In this document: piece after piece, positions 10,201 through 25,200 of the stretch
How the letters are laid out: every line of letters begins with the position of its first letter
Position numbering within the stretch: position 1 is the stretch's first letter
Notes under the pieces: generated by a model
Told to the model about the DNA's origin: nothing
The model's database searches: none
Seen by the model: only the letters and a program-made list of their open reading frames with translations
Virus record (IMG/VR): IMGVR_UViG_3300002053_000034
Location: 566-64,565 of that record
Reading direction: 5' to 3' (one strand)
Source of the DNA: a virus
Lineage: Duplodnaviria; Caudoviricetes
DNA: 64,000 nt
Translations under genes and position numbers: made by a program

Positions 10201-13200
10201 TCTAGAATTCCTGGCTCTACTTCCCTTACTATCTGGGAGGCTTCTTCCAGCGCAGCTCTTAATTGACCTCTGAATTCACTATAAGATGACAACAAGGATT
10301 CTCTAACCCTAGGATCTTCAATATTGACCGCCCTAAGGCGTTCCATCTGTATTTGTCTATCTAGAGATACTACAGCCTGAAATTGTTGTCTTAATTTTTC
10401 ATCTTCTCTCGTTTGCTTTAATCTCAGCTCACCAATATGTTCCTCAAACCTTATCTGTTGAAGTTCAGCTATAGTAGGTTGTCGTCCTTGAGTAAATTGG
10501 ATTTCAGCTATTCTCTGCTGAGCTCGTGTCATCCTGAATAATTGCTCTGGTGGTACTCCAGCTTGAACAGCTGCGAACGTAGGAAATTGAGGAGCCAGTG
10601 GGTGAGTACCCCCTCTTAATCTACTAAGAATATCATCAGCTAAATTAGCAAATTCTCTGTGTAAATCATCCACACGCAAATTAAATTTTAATTGCTCAAA
10701 TTCACCAATGACTCTTTCTATATTTAGTCCTACTTCAAATACTTGAGCTAAATCTGACATCAGGACATTCACTTCTTGGGCAGCTCTAGCCAAATGCTCA
10801 TGATTTTCAGCTTCTATCCGTAATTGCTCCGATGCTATAGCAGTTCTGTCAATTAGATCAGCTATGGCTTTCCTAAAGTCACTAGGAGGACCAAGTTCTT
10901 CAAACCCACTTATCGCTTCTCTAGCTTCAATTACACTCTTATTTATCTTAGGTATAGTTTTTGCATATATGTCAGGATCAATTAATCCCTTTCGCCATTG
11001 CTCTGTGATTTGTTTTCCTATTTCTCTGAAGCGCGCTAATTTCTCTCTTTGTTCCTTTAGAGCTTTGCCAACATCCACTACACTCAAAACTTTAGTATAT
11101 TCCTCTATAAATTTTCTAGATTCTCTTATCTGTCTATTAATTGCGGCCAAAGCTTCAGTATGCCCCACTCTTTGGGCTTTCTGCATGTCTTCAGGCAAGC
11201 TTAGAAATTGCTCCTGGGATCTCCTGGCGACTTCTCTAAAAAGAGGAATCTTTCTTTGTTCTTTTCGCATAAGGGTAAATATTTTAGTAGGATCTTCTTT
11301 CGTCAATCCTAACAATCCCTCTTTTTCTAATTCTCTTGTAGTGTCCTCTATAGTACGCTTGGCTCCCATCGTCCCGACAGTAAATCCTACTTGAGAAGCT
11401 ACTAGCCTCTGAGCATTCTCCTGTAAAGCTCCTATTAAGCGTTCTCGTATATCTTGCAAAATGTTAAATGAATCATATAACTGACGATAAGTGGTTCCAC
11501 CTTCTTTTAACAACCGTTCAGTAGGACTCAACTCATGTGGTAATTTACCTATTTGAAATTCTTCAAAGGTTGGTAATCCACGAAGTTCTCCAGTTAAACC
11601 TAATCTAAATTGTTGCTCGATTCTCCGATTATTAATAGATACAGATACATCTCTTATCAAATTATCTATAGATTTAGATATAATGGAGCTTAATTCTCCT
11701 ATGACATATAATTTATCTTTCTTACTTTCAATTATGGTACTCACATCATCCAAAGAAATACCTATGGATTCAGCCATCTCCGAGAGTCTGTCTAAAAACT
11801 CTTGTTCTGCTCGAGCAACATCCAATAATCTAGTGCGCTGTTCAGTTAAAGTAGCTCCACCTCTAGCCAAAGCAGCCTCTCTGCGCTCTCTCAATTGTTT
11901 AATAGCCGCCTCCACTTCTTTTGGAAATGCTTGAGCTAATTTAGCAAATGATTCATTTAATCTTTCGGCTCTTCTTCTAGCCTCACCTAGCTCAGCTGGT
12001 AACCTAGTTTTTTCTCCCAAATAACCAGCCGCAGTAACTACTGTGGCAGCAGCAAACAAGTCTTTTAATCTAGCAGCAACATCGCCTCCTCCCATCAATC
12101 TTTCCTGTTTAATTTCATCCAACTTACCTCGCAAGCTTTGAGTCATGGATTCTATAGGCTTTTCCATCTCCTGCGCAGTGTCTTTTGCAGCGCCTTCAGT
12201 AGCGTCCTTCCCTTCAGCAGCAGCTTCAGAAGATTTCCTAGTATTCTCTTCTATAGCTAACAAAGTAGTTAATTGATCTCGATTAATATTTGATAACTTT
12301 TCGCTTTCATTAAGTTTTTTCAGGTCGCCTTCTTTAACAGCCTTTAATGCCTCATTACCCCTTCGTAGATCTTCCTCAGAAAGTTTTAAATCTTTGGCAC
12401 GTCTAATTTTATCTTTTTCTTCAGCATTAAGTAGGTCTTTTTGATTTTTTTCTAATTTTTCTACCGCTTTGGCTGCTGCTCTTACCCTAAGCTTTGAAGC
12501 TGGGCTGCCGCCAGTAGCGGCATATTCATTCAACGCATTAGTTGCTCTTTTGACAGCCTCCGGCAATTCCTCTCCCGTCAAGGCAGACCATGCTTGCCAA
12601 GCAATAACACTTGCGGCTGCTGATTTACCCAAATTGTTTAATGCTTTTTCACTAAATCCAGCCGATCTAGCAAACGTAGTTGTCGCGGAAGCTATTAACC
12701 CTACTGCTTCTCTCGTAGCCCGTTGTTGTGCCGTTCGTCCCGCTTCCTCTCTAGCCCTCACTGCTTCACTTATTTGCCTTGCGATGTCTCTCATCTGAGT
12801 TCTGAACTCTTCTTGACCTATTTCCCCAGCTCTAAATCGAACAACCACTCCTTTCTGCTGTTCTCTTAATTGCTTTACCTGTACATCATAACCACGCTGC
12901 TCTCTTTTCGCAGCCTGTCTGAATATCTCATTAAAGCCACCATAAGCGGCAAATAGTTGGCTCAAAGTTTTAGAGCTAGCAACACTTATCTTATTCTGCT
13001 CATTAAGTAATTTCGTTACATTTCTGAACTGGCTAGATCCAGTCAACCGCTGATATCTAATATCTGGGGGCGCCAGACCAGGCTCATAACCAAATCGTGG
13101 TCTAGGTGCTGTTCTATATGCTCTTATTATTTCCCCCCGCTTAAGTTCTTCAGGGGTAGGACCAGCCGCTTTTTCTAACTCCTGGATCACTTCTCTTATA

Positions 13201-16200
13201 CCATATTCACCGAATGCTCTGCTAATAAGTTGTTCAAAATTAAATTGTCCAGGTAAATAACTAATAGGTTCTCTAAGTGTAAGAGCTTCTCTAATAAATC
13301 TCTGAGGTGAAGGAAGTGTGGGAATTTCCCCTTCAACTATTCGGCGTGCTCTTCGAACACCAACTGCACCTACTAACTCCCTAGATTGCTCAGTTATAAT
13401 TGTATCAATAGATCTTACAGTTTCGTTGTTGCCACGCTTTTCTGCCAAATTTCTCAATTTAATTAAATTATCAAAACCTCTTTTTATATTCTCAGATATC
13501 TCTGTAGTTCCCAACACACCTCTAAATCTATCTCTAGTTCGAGGAGATTTCAACAAATCAATGCCCGTAGCCAATGACTGACCCAATTTCTCAGCATTTC
13601 GTAATGTAACAGCTTGACCTTTAGGGTCTCCTAAAGCTGCTAACATATCATGTAAACTTTCCACTGTATTAGAAGTATTTTCTTTAATACTTTCTTGCAA
13701 CTTTATCTGTTCTCGTTCACCAGGCGATATTCCCTTTATTACAGATTCAGTTATGCTTTGAAGATCCTCTCTAGGCACAACTATACCCGTAGCTCGAGCT
13801 TGCTCCGCTATTATACCTACTTGAGTTCTTGCACGAAGTACCTGCTCTAATTGATCAGCAAGCGTTTGTCTTCGAAGCTCTTCCGCAACTATCTCTCCTC
13901 TAAGTCTAGTAAATGTCCTTTGCTCAGGAGGACGCGCTCGTTCTACCACTAATTGCCTTTGTTGTGCAGTCAACTCGAAAAAGTCCCTAATTCCCAGATT
14001 CAAATCGGTAAATGCTTCCGGTATATCTCTTAATAAACCTGCAGTCTCCCGCAACGCCTCATTCCTAGCCTGCTCAACAGATATATTTTCTTTCAATACT
14101 CGGTTCGATTCAGATAAAGATTTATTCAAATCCACATAAATAGACGCAAACTGTGCTACTACTTGATTATTCTTTATAATAGTAGCAAATCTAGTTATCT
14201 CTTCCTCCAATCCTTTAGTAAATCCCTTATCGGCCTCTAGTCTACGTCGTGCTTCTTCCACAAACTGTTTTAATTCTTCTTCCGGCTTTACTAAATATTC
14301 TCGAATAATATCTCTAAAACCTATTCCTAAAAGATTAGCCTGAAATGGTACTCTACCTATTCCTCCGGGACCACCTCTTCCTGGCAAATTATAACCTATA
14401 GGAGTTTGAATTAAGGTTTCAGTAGGTATTTGTTCGAAGAATCTAGCCCCTAAACCAAATTCCCTTCTAAACTCTTTATCACCTATGGCTACTATACCAG
14501 CCGCAGCCCCTACCAACTGCTCTCTTAGTATGTCAAGATTTTCCGTAAGTTGATCAGCTATTTTAGTAGCTGGAAAAATAGATTCTACGAATCGACGTAC
14601 AGATTCAAAAGGAATTTCTTTAACAGTTCGAAGTTCTCTATCTATAGCCTCTACAAAAATTCCTAAACCATCTCTATATTTTAGGATACCCTGCCTACCA
14701 GCGATATCAAATTGTGTATCTATTTCGTCAGAGAATAAAACAATATCTCCTACGAAGGCTTTTTTGGTTCTCTGAAGAATACCAGCTTCTCTAAATAATT
14801 CTTTCGTTAGCTCAGCCGCATAATCAAAACTTACATCTGGCTCTATTCTCTTTAGTATCTCTATACCTAAAATGTCTTTCCAATTTATCCTACCTTGATC
14901 TCTAAGCCTCTTCAATCGACCTTCGAACTCTACCATCAACTCAAATGCAGGTTGTAAATCTTCCCGATCTAATAGACCTCTTATCTGAGCTGCTCCCAAT
15001 CCTCTAGTCTCAAGGCCGCCCAGTATTCGCCTAAAATCACTATAGAATCCTCTGAATCTTTCCCTCGCATCCTTTAATCTCTGATTATATTCTTTGAACA
15101 ATTCATCAAAGGCAGTGCTTAAAGGAAAATTCTCCCTAGCAGCTAATATCTTATTTACATCGGATACTGCTTCTCTTAGTTCCTGAGCCGGCGAAACTTT
15201 TATTTGTTTAGCAATGACGGGCCCGATACCAGGAATTTCTTTAACAAATTTGCGCAATTCAGACCTAAACTTAGCCGATGCACTTCCAGCATTTGTCAAT
15301 TCTTCTGCAAATTTCTCTAGCGCTTTAACTTCTGTCTCCGCTATCGCTCGGATTTTGGCTTCCCGCATAACCGTGAAATATTTTTTCAAATTTGCAGTTG
15401 GCTTAACGACAGCATTGCCAAATTTATCGAAACTATCTATTAACGAAAGATTAACCGCTGCCAACTGATTGCCCAAATCCCTGGACTGATCATAAGCTCT
15501 TCCTGCAGCTAATACAGGACTCACATACTCTTCTCTACGTATAGCCCTCTCCATAGCTTCAGGATCCCTAGCTTTGTTGGCCGCATCTATACTGCCTTGC
15601 AATCTATCATAACTAGTAGCTAGAGAATTTATATCGGCTAATTCACTACTCCTTAATCTCCTTAACCCGGACAAAGATTTTTCATAATCATCCGCTGATA
15701 ATGCGAGTCTCTTAAGAGCATCTCCTGTTTTACCAGATATAGGTATCAATGCGGCTATCGATCCAGCCAGTGGACCTATAGATTTAACAAAACTAGCATT
15801 TTCTTGGCTCCATCTAGCAAGAGCTTCAGCTGGTATACCAAAGAGTTCAGCTAATTTGGCCAATCCTTTTTCAGCTTGTTTAGATCCAGTTGCCAATGTG
15901 GTTATTATCCCACCTAATACTGGAGATCTAACAGCCGTTCTAAGTCCTAGTGTAGCTAAACCACCACCCAATTTTCCAAATGCCTTTGACAATGTTTCAG
16001 TAGTAGCTGTACCAGTATAAGCTATCTCGGACATAACCGAGTTCCAACCACGCCCAAATTGAGCTATCGCATACCCGGCTTTACCCAATACAGATTCAAA
16101 ATCCTGAATACCCTTGCCTACTTCAGTTATTGTAGATAAACCAGTTGTGTCTATATTATCAAGAGCTCTAGGTAACTTACCAAATATTTCAAATATACCT

Positions 16201-19200
16201 ATCTTGAATTGTTTTGCAAACTGTGCACCAAAATCACCAAATACATTAGTAAACCCTCTTATCCTATCTATTATGCCTGTTACTAATGTCTGTCCCTTAG
16301 CTATTATAGCAAATAATCCAGCGAAGGCTACTGCAGCAATCTTTATACTATTAGGTATATTAGCTAAAGTTTCTAATATGGTTCTCAAACCGGTTAACAA
16401 CCCTTTAGCTACCGGTAGTGCGAATCTTCCAAACTGGACCTGTAACTCAGCGAGAGCTCCCCTGACCTGCTGCAACTTCTTAGCGTATGTATCCATCACT
16501 ATCTGATTACGCCGTTCAGCAGCGCCTTTCGAGTTCAAACTATCATTAAGAGTTGTAAGAACATCATTCCAATGATCCATTAAAACAATCAAACTATTAA
16601 AATGCCTTCGACCACCAATAGCTGTAGCTATACTTAATCTCTGGGCATTAGTTAGATCAGTCCACACTACTGCCAAATCTTGAAATATATCAAAAGCACT
16701 TCTAAGTTCGCCAGTTTCGGCTATAACAGGTATTCCAATCTTAGCGAGCTCCTTAGGGCCTTTCTCAGCTTGTATACGTCTAAATATAAATCGCAAAGAT
16801 GTACCAATTTCCTTACCAGTTTGACGTGTAGTCTCACCAATTCCTGTTACAATGGCATTGAACTCGTCAAACGTGACTCCGGAAGTCTTAGCCACTGCGG
16901 CAGCTTTCTTTAAAGCATTAGCTAAATCGCCCGATGTAATAGCATGCCTAGCTTCAACCTCAGTCCACGCATCTAAGAATCTTACTGTGGATTCTCCTTC
17001 CTTTGCATATACTCTAGTAGCAGCAGTAATAGCCTCGGTAGCATCAGTAGCGGTCAAAGTAGTGGTATTTGCGGCCAGCATAGAAGTTCTAGTTCTATCA
17101 ATAACTTCAGCTTGCGCCAAACCTTGCTGCGCAAATACTCTCATAGCATCAATTACTTGTCGAATAGGTATACCAAACTGTTTCGCAAAATCTAATGCTT
17201 GATCAGTCAATAGTTGGAAATCGGTTTGTAATGGGCTCATAACCTGGCGTAATATTGCTATACCAGATTCCACATCCGCAATAGTATTGACCATGCCCTG
17301 CAAAGCATTTATAAATCCATAAACGGATCTACTAGCCAATCCCCATCGTATAACCCTACCAAAAGCTTGCCCTAATCCTCGTCTAGATTGAAAAGATTTT
17401 ATTAAATCTTCCGTCCTTTGTGTAAATATCCCTATTTGGTCTCCACTTTTCGAGCTAGTTTCTCCTATCTTTTTAAACTCCTCTGCTAAACTAGACAAAG
17501 TTTGTTTTGTTGCAGGATCTACTATCTTATATCTATAAGTGAAAGCCCGGCCTCTTCCAGGACCACCAGCAGCCTCTGGAGTCTCAAAATATTTTTGTAC
17601 TTGGGCTATATTTCTTCGGTGAAGAAGTTCTTGTGTTTGAGGATCTAAGAACGAAGGTACTCCTGCTAATCCCAGTGGCGAAGCTTCCACTCCTCCAGGA
17701 GCAAACATTGTTTCGATTTGTCTTAATAATTTAATAGTATCTTCTACATTTTTACGAATAGGTTCAGTATAATCTGTTCCTCCGCCGAAAGCTCCGATCT
17801 GCAACCTATTATAAGCCTGCAAAGCCGCCCTTAATTCAGTTATTCCCTTGGTTAATGCAGCGAAATCCCAAGCTTCCAAAGCTTGATCTCCAATTCGCCT
17901 AAATTGGTCAGCATCTTCTAATATAGCTTTAAGATTAGGATCCTCTTTTGCCAATAATCTGAAGGCGGCTTGAACTTTCTGCAACGGACTAGCTATTTGA
18001 TCTAATTGAGTAGGATCTAAATCCCCCACTAATATATCTATAATAGGCTTCAATTCACCACGTAAGGGCGTGGTCTGGGTAACCAGCTCTTCCAATTGAG
18101 CTGGCGTTCTATAAATACCTGTCAACCTTGCTAGTTCTGGATCTACAAATGCAGTTTTTTTACCACTTGGTCCTATCTGTGTGTATATATCACTTAATCT
18201 ACCAAGTGTTCCCCTAATGTTAGCTAAGAATCTCTCAACTGTTTGCTCGTACTCTATAAGCGCTCGCCTACCTGCGGGCGTACCAGCCTCCTTTTCTATT
18301 TCCTCTTTAAGAGCGTCTAATCTCTTTAAGAAGTATTCACTTACAGAGCTTTTATAATGCATCCAAATTCTTCGCATCCCTCCTCTTTTTTCCGGAGGAA
18401 GTTGAGTTATGGCATCACTGATCTGTCCAGTAATATCAGCAACTGGACCTTTTTCAGCTGCCTCGCTTAAAAGTGAGGCTATTTCGGGTCCAAATTTTTG
18501 TATCTCCTCATCACTAGCTAATCTATGTACACGCAGCGCTGCTTCATACAAGGCTCTCAAATTTTTATGGAGAGCTTCAGGAGTATCGGGGTCTATTCTT
18601 TCTATATCCGGCATTCGTAGTCTAGCAAACCCAGTTTCAGCAGCACCTGTTCTTCTAGCTTCATTCAATTTCTGGTACAATTGATAGATTTCTCTATAAG
18701 ACTCTTCGCTAGCTCCTATACGCTGTATAGCGGCTCGAATATTATTAACTAAATCTTCAAGAGCACCTGCAAGAAGCGTATCCCCTCTTTCTCTAGCAGC
18801 TAATATACCTTCAAGGGCCTCGTCCAAAGTTTGAATTAACTTATATATATCTGGAACTTCTGGCTTTATACCTCTTTCTATTCTAGCGAGAATTTCCTGA
18901 ATGCGTTTTCTAAGTTCCTCATCATCAAACCCATCGCCCGGGCCTCCTCCAGCGCCGCCAGGGGGCGGTGGTGGTGGGGGCGGAGCGGCAGCTCCAGCAC
19001 CAGCCGCAAACATCAATCTAAGTGGCCTTTCTGCGACTCCAGGTCCTCCTAAAGATTGATATATACCTAGATATTCCCTACTTATTTTATCGAATAAACG
19101 ATCCTGCTCTTCCGTTAGTCTATCTATTATCTCTTTAGATGATCTCTGCACTTCTCCAATAGGGCGTGTAGGCAATTTTCTTAGAAATTCTTCCGGGCCA

Positions 19201-22200
19201 AGTTTTTCTAATTCTTTGGAAACATAATCATATATCTTAGGCACATCCGCAAATAATTCTTTGGGTATAACCTGACCAGATTGTATCAAAGCTAATAATT
19301 TAGTTACTCTGGTTCTGCCTTCCTGTATAATAGCTAAGTCTCTTTTGAATCTTGTAGGATCAAATTCACCAATAGGGATTGTAACTTCTCTCTTAGGATC
19401 AAAAGTGCTAACTACGACTAACTCTCCTACGGCATCCTCTACTCCACTCAAATATATGTTAACCTGACTAATATACTCCTCTAATCGCCTAATAACATTC
19501 TTTTCTAGTTGTGAGGTAGGTTCCTGAGCTTTAAGTTCATCGAGTTTTTGTTGTATGGTTATATTACGTTCTTGTACTTCATCTGCAATTTCTTCCAGCC
19601 TTTTAAACTGAGCTGTGCTATAAACAGTCTTGACGTCAGCAACTATCTTTCGACCCGCCTCTTCATACAGAACGTCTATATGTCCAGTAATTCTATTTGC
19701 CAAGTCTTCTATGGGCTTTTCTATCTCAGCTGTTGGGTATTTAGCTAAGAATTCTCTTTGTTTACGTCTATGTAGTGCTGTTCCACGTAGACTAGTAGCT
19801 TCAAGCAGAAACTCGGCTCCTTTAGGAGCACCCAACATTTCCTGCAATATACTTTCTAATTGTGTGCCACCACCATAACCTCCTCCAGCATGCACGGCAC
19901 TAGCTCTAAATATTTCGTGCAGAGGCACTTCCCCCGGAGCAGCCGGGCCAGCAGCACGTCCTTCCAAATATTTTAATGCGTCCCGCTTTCTTGCTATAAT
20001 AGACTCATCTATAGCGGTAGTCAACTCGTCCGCTGCCGCAGCTGTAGTTTTCTTTAATTCTTCGCCTGCGGTTGTGGCGGGAACTCTAAAAGTCCTTACA
20101 GCATCACGCAATTCATTAGTACGAGTAGTAGGAAATGTCTGTTTGTGCCAATTCTCGATAGCTTTTGTGTAGTCATCAAATCTCTGTACCGCATCCATTT
20201 GCGCGGTCGCAATTCGAGTTGCTCCCTCTTCAAATTTAACATCTGGAAAAGCTGCTTCCAAATATTTTCTTTGCTCGGGAATAGTTTTTATTATTTCAGT
20301 AACTCTACGCAACTGCTCTACAACACTAGCCTGAAAAGCTATTGCCTCTTGAGCTGCTGTAGCTAGTTCGCTAGCTCTATTTTCCAATTCTTCCGGAACA
20401 ATTTCTTCACCTTTAGTCAAAGCTTCTTTGGTAAGAACGTCCTTTATAACCTCAAAAGGTCTTATACCATACTTTTCTATTGTCTCCCGCCCTATCAGAG
20501 CTTCTTCTTCTGGGACTAGAGGCTTCAATCCAGCCAATTTAGAAATTTCAGCAACTCTACCCCGCACTATTTTTTGGGTCTCTGTTAATTTATTAAAAAA
20601 TTCTTCAAGATTCTCCATCTGCGGGATAGGTCCTAATCGACCACCACCTAAGCCAGTAATCGCTCCAGCCTCTTGGAAGACTTTCACAGCAAGTTTATTA
20701 GCTTCTATAACATCTGTAAACGGCAAAGCAAATTTACCAACTACTTGTTGTGATTCCTTACCCAATTTTTCTAATTCAGATAATTCTCTATAGCGCTGTT
20801 CAATGGCACTAGTAACAAGTAGTCCATGAACACCTCTTCGAGGGCCCCTAGCGGTTTCCGACAAAGCTTGTGATAGTGCGTGAGCTGCTTTTTGCGTATT
20901 CTCAAAATCTCTAGATAGTTTTTCTGCTCCGGCTTCGGGCAACGTCAGTGCGGTCGGTTCAATTTTTATACCTGTCCTAGAAGCAGCAGTGGCTAACGTC
21001 TCCATACTGGTGCGCATCTTATATAGTGGTTGTAGATTAGTCGTTACATGCTTCTGTATTGCGATTCCAGTTTCAGAAGCATATTCCTTAGCTATCTGCT
21101 GGGCTGCGAATCGTTCTACACCGCCAGCAGCTTGTACATCTCTTAGTAAGCGCACTTTTCTCGGACCAGTTGGTAATTCCGCTATCTGTCTTTCTAACTG
21201 TTTCGACAACCCAGCGACCGCTTGTCTCTGTATTTGTCTGCCAAGCTCTTCAAATGTAGCTATTACATCAACATGTTTTATTATGCGTTGTATAATTTCT
21301 TCTCTACTAATCCCTGTAAGTTGACTAATATCTACTTCGGGCTCAAATCTCTGCAGTTCTCGCATTAATTCATCAGTAGAAAATTTACCCAATCTCAATC
21401 TAACTTCATTAGCTATCTGATCGTTAAAATCAAGTAACTCATCCCACTGGTCTTTAGCAGCGAGCATCGCTTCTCTAATAAATTCTGTTCCACCTCGTTT
21501 GCCTATATTAGCTAATATTTGTTGCCCAACTGCTTCAACACCCGCATGTTTTACATCCATCCCCTTTTGGATCACAAACCGCATTATTTCATTTACGCGG
21601 GTAGCAAACTCTTGGACCGGCCTGCCTCCTAAAGCAACACTTTCTTGTGGAAACCTCTGCAAAAATTCTGGAGCAGGTCTAGCTCTTCTGCCTGTTCCAG
21701 CTAATCCTCTCCCAAAACCCGTTTCAAGTTCGGATATTCTAGCTATCCGGCTTATACCTTCCACAGTTTGGCCTGTATGCAATTTATATAACTGCCCGGT
21801 TATAGCATCAGCATAACGTTTTTCCCATAACTGGCGTCTCACTAAATCTTCGCTTAACTTACTTATATTTCTCTCAAGAGCAGTAGTCGTCTCAGTCACT
21901 TCCGGAAGTGCGGTAGGAGCAGCTCCTATTCTCCCTCTGTAAGCAGCCGCGGTAGGCTCATCGACCCCTAATCGAGTAAATACTTCTGGTAATATTTCTC
22001 TCACTACAAAATCTTTAGACCAATCCCCAACCGCCTTTTGCCACTCCTCAGTTCCTGCTTTTAACTGACCAGCACCAGTAGTATAAGTAAATAACGATTC
22101 AAACACTTTGCTCAAATCTAAATTTTTAACTTGTTCTCTTAAGTACGGCTGTGTTAGAAATTCAAATCCTTTTTCGGCTGGATGTTTTTTACCAAAAATA

Positions 22201-25200
22201 ACTGCCATTTCGGCTAGAGTAGCAACATCGGTTTCTTTCACCGCGGTAAACACAGACCTAAACAATGACCTAACTCCAGTAACATCGTCGGCCAAAGCTT
22301 CAAAATGTTTCTTTATTTCTGCTCTTGACTCTTCTAGTTGTCCTGTATGAACAAATAACGCATCACCATCAAAATCTAGTTTCTGCTCTAAATTAGTGAA
22401 TGATGGAGAGGCCGCATTTACTATTTTTAACAGCCTTTCTATAGCTTCCGTCAGATGGCGAGCTTTTTCGGCAGCCATCTCTGTTCCTTCTGCCCAAGCT
22501 CTTTCTCTTCGTTCTAACAGACTTAATGTTTCTTCCGGTAAATACTGCCTTTTAGCTCTAGGAGTTACCCCTATAAACTCACGCAGCGTGTTAACTACTC
22601 GAACAAGGTCGCCTATATCTCGGCGCTCTTCTGGGCGACCAGCTCTAGCAAATCCCGGAGCACCAGGAACAGCTACACCATATTTACCTAGAGACTGTTC
22701 TAATAATCTAGCTCTATGAGGCTGAACACTCAAAGTCCCAGTAAATGGGTATCGTATAGATTCTACAAATGTTTCACTCTGTTTTTGAATAAGGTCTGCT
22801 AAAGTAGTTTCAATCTCATCTTTAATTCCGGTTCTAACCTTTATTTTTGCAGCCATTTCAGGCGGTAGACCTATTTCGCCTTCTTTTAATACAGGTAACC
22901 CTAATGTTCTAGCTTTAGTAACGTATTCAGAATGGGCTTCTGAAAGCTTTTCCAAATCCTCTACTAACATAGGTAATCCCGGGATCTCCAGATCCACTAT
23001 ATATTTACTTCGTAATTCCTCCAAAAGGTCTTTCAGGTCTCTAGTTTTATCAGCTATAGCCGATATAGCTTTGCCAGTAATTGCTGGGGTTACTCTTTGG
23101 AAGAAAACCTCTTCGATTCCTTTTTTCTTACCAAATACACTTTCTCCCAGCTCCCTGAAATAAGCTACTCTGGCTTTACCTAAAGTTTCTTTGCGCTTCT
23201 CTAGAGCTTCTTTTAAGGATTGTTGGATACTAATACCCACCCTATTCGCAAACTCATCTAAATTACCTGCTTCCAGCTCAATATCAAATACAGTCTCTAC
23301 CTTACCACGCTCTTCGGATCTTCTTTTAAATGTTTCTAGCATAGCTTCAAAATCACCACCAAAACGCTGTAATATGTTTTGATAATATGGAGCCTGGAAT
23401 CTCTGTGGTATCTGCCCACCTGTTTCTCTATATGACTTAAGGGCTGCGTTTATTTCATTGATATCCTTACGTAAAGAGGCAGGGTCAGGTCCAATTAAAA
23501 TATCAGCTATTCTACCTACTATTTTACTAAATTGTCCTTGATATTTGCGCTCAAATTCTTCGACTGCTCCTCTTTCAGTAGTAGCCATGCCCTCTTGGTA
23601 AATAGGTGCTACCTCTCTTGTTTCAGACAGAGCCTGTTTAAATCTATTAATAGTCTGCTGCATAAATTCAACGTTTTGTGGGGTGGGCCCAACTTTCTCT
23701 ATCTGTTGAAATCTTTTTATAGTATCAGTCAAACTTTTAGTTAGTTCAGCTCTTATGGTCGTAGCAAATTTTCGTTGAAATTCCTCACTTAAACCTATAC
23801 CGCCCTGCGCAGCGGCTGATGCTATTTCTTCTACCTCTTTAGCGGCATTCACTAAATTATCTAGATATCTAGCAATATTTGTAGGAGCTTGGGCACCAAG
23901 AAGTTCTTCCTGATAGGTTCCCCTCAAGGCAGGTCCAGGAATATATAATTCTTCATAAAATTCCTTAGCGCCCTTCGCAGTGGAAGGTATTCTAAGTTTG
24001 AAAGGGGTAGGGAATTTACCTATATCAAAGATTGTTCCCTTCAATTCTTCTACTGTACCAGTAGCTTTTTCAAACGATGCAACATCTCTTAGACTTACAG
24101 TACGTAATCCTTCGGTTAATGCCTTATTCACATCCTTCATGGCCGGGTCTAACATTTGAAAGGCTCTAAGCAATTCCCACCCTTCTTGAGCAGTTAGAGC
24201 TGTAGACCTAGCCAGTTCTTCCATCATTTTAGAACCTTCGCCAAATACGCCGGCCATTGCAGCAAAAGATTGAAAATCTAATCGAGCCCCTTTCAACCCT
24301 TTTTGAATTTGTTCAGGAGACCATTCTGGGTACAAATGGGGTTCTTCAATAATTTGTAAAAATTTAGGTGCAACAAATGATTGCATTTGTTCCCCAAATT
24401 CATTAACTACATCGGTATAGACAGAAAACTGAGCTTCAAAATCCCTCAACTTTTTAATAGTATCAGGATCTATGTCAGGTTTCTCTAATTTTAACCGACT
24501 AATAACACCATCTAAATCTTTGAATGGTTGGTATCCCAACTCTCGTAAATATTCATTTAATTTTTTTCTAGCTTCTCTTGTTTCAGTTAGAGCACCCCTA
24601 GATATTTCATCACTAAGAGTTGTAGCTCCAGCAGTGGTTCCTATTAGATTATTAACAATACCTTCTAATATTTCGGGCATCAACCCTCTTTTGGCTATAC
24701 CACGAGAGCTGATTCTAGCTTCAATAGGCCTAACTTCAAATAATTGTTCCTCTCCAAAAAGAGCAGCATAACGCTCTCTAATAAAACGTATGGCTTCTGA
24801 TGTCTCCTTAGGTAATTCCTCACCAAAAACCTTTTTAAACGCTTTGGTAGCGTTCTCAAACACTACTTGTTGCTTTTTAGCTTCTTCTTCGGTCACTAAT
24901 CCAAGTGACGCATCCCTAAATAAGTCTATAACAAATTTATTTCCTGAATCTATTAATTGTCTTGTTAAACTTTCTAGGACTTCGCCACCGAATATATCGA
25001 TTTCGTCCGCTTCTTGCGCAGCCCGAGTTTCAATGTTATTAAATATTTCAATCAATAATTGGCCCACGTTTTTAGGCAGTCTAGCGACACCCAATCCTGG
25101 CCCTGGTGCTACACCAGCTTTAAACCCTTGCTGAATAAACCTACCAACATCCTCTAACGAGGTGATTTCTTTAGGAAGTTCCCCATATCTTGGAGTAACC

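Noticed and set aside
19300-19920. Cas4-like domain as evidence of a CRISPR system
   Set aside because: No repeat-spacer array or other cas genes seen, and the Fe-S cysteines are absent.
22861-22868. GGCGGTAG (RfaH ops core)
   Set aside because: On the + strand, opposite to transcription, and inside coding sequence; likely chance.
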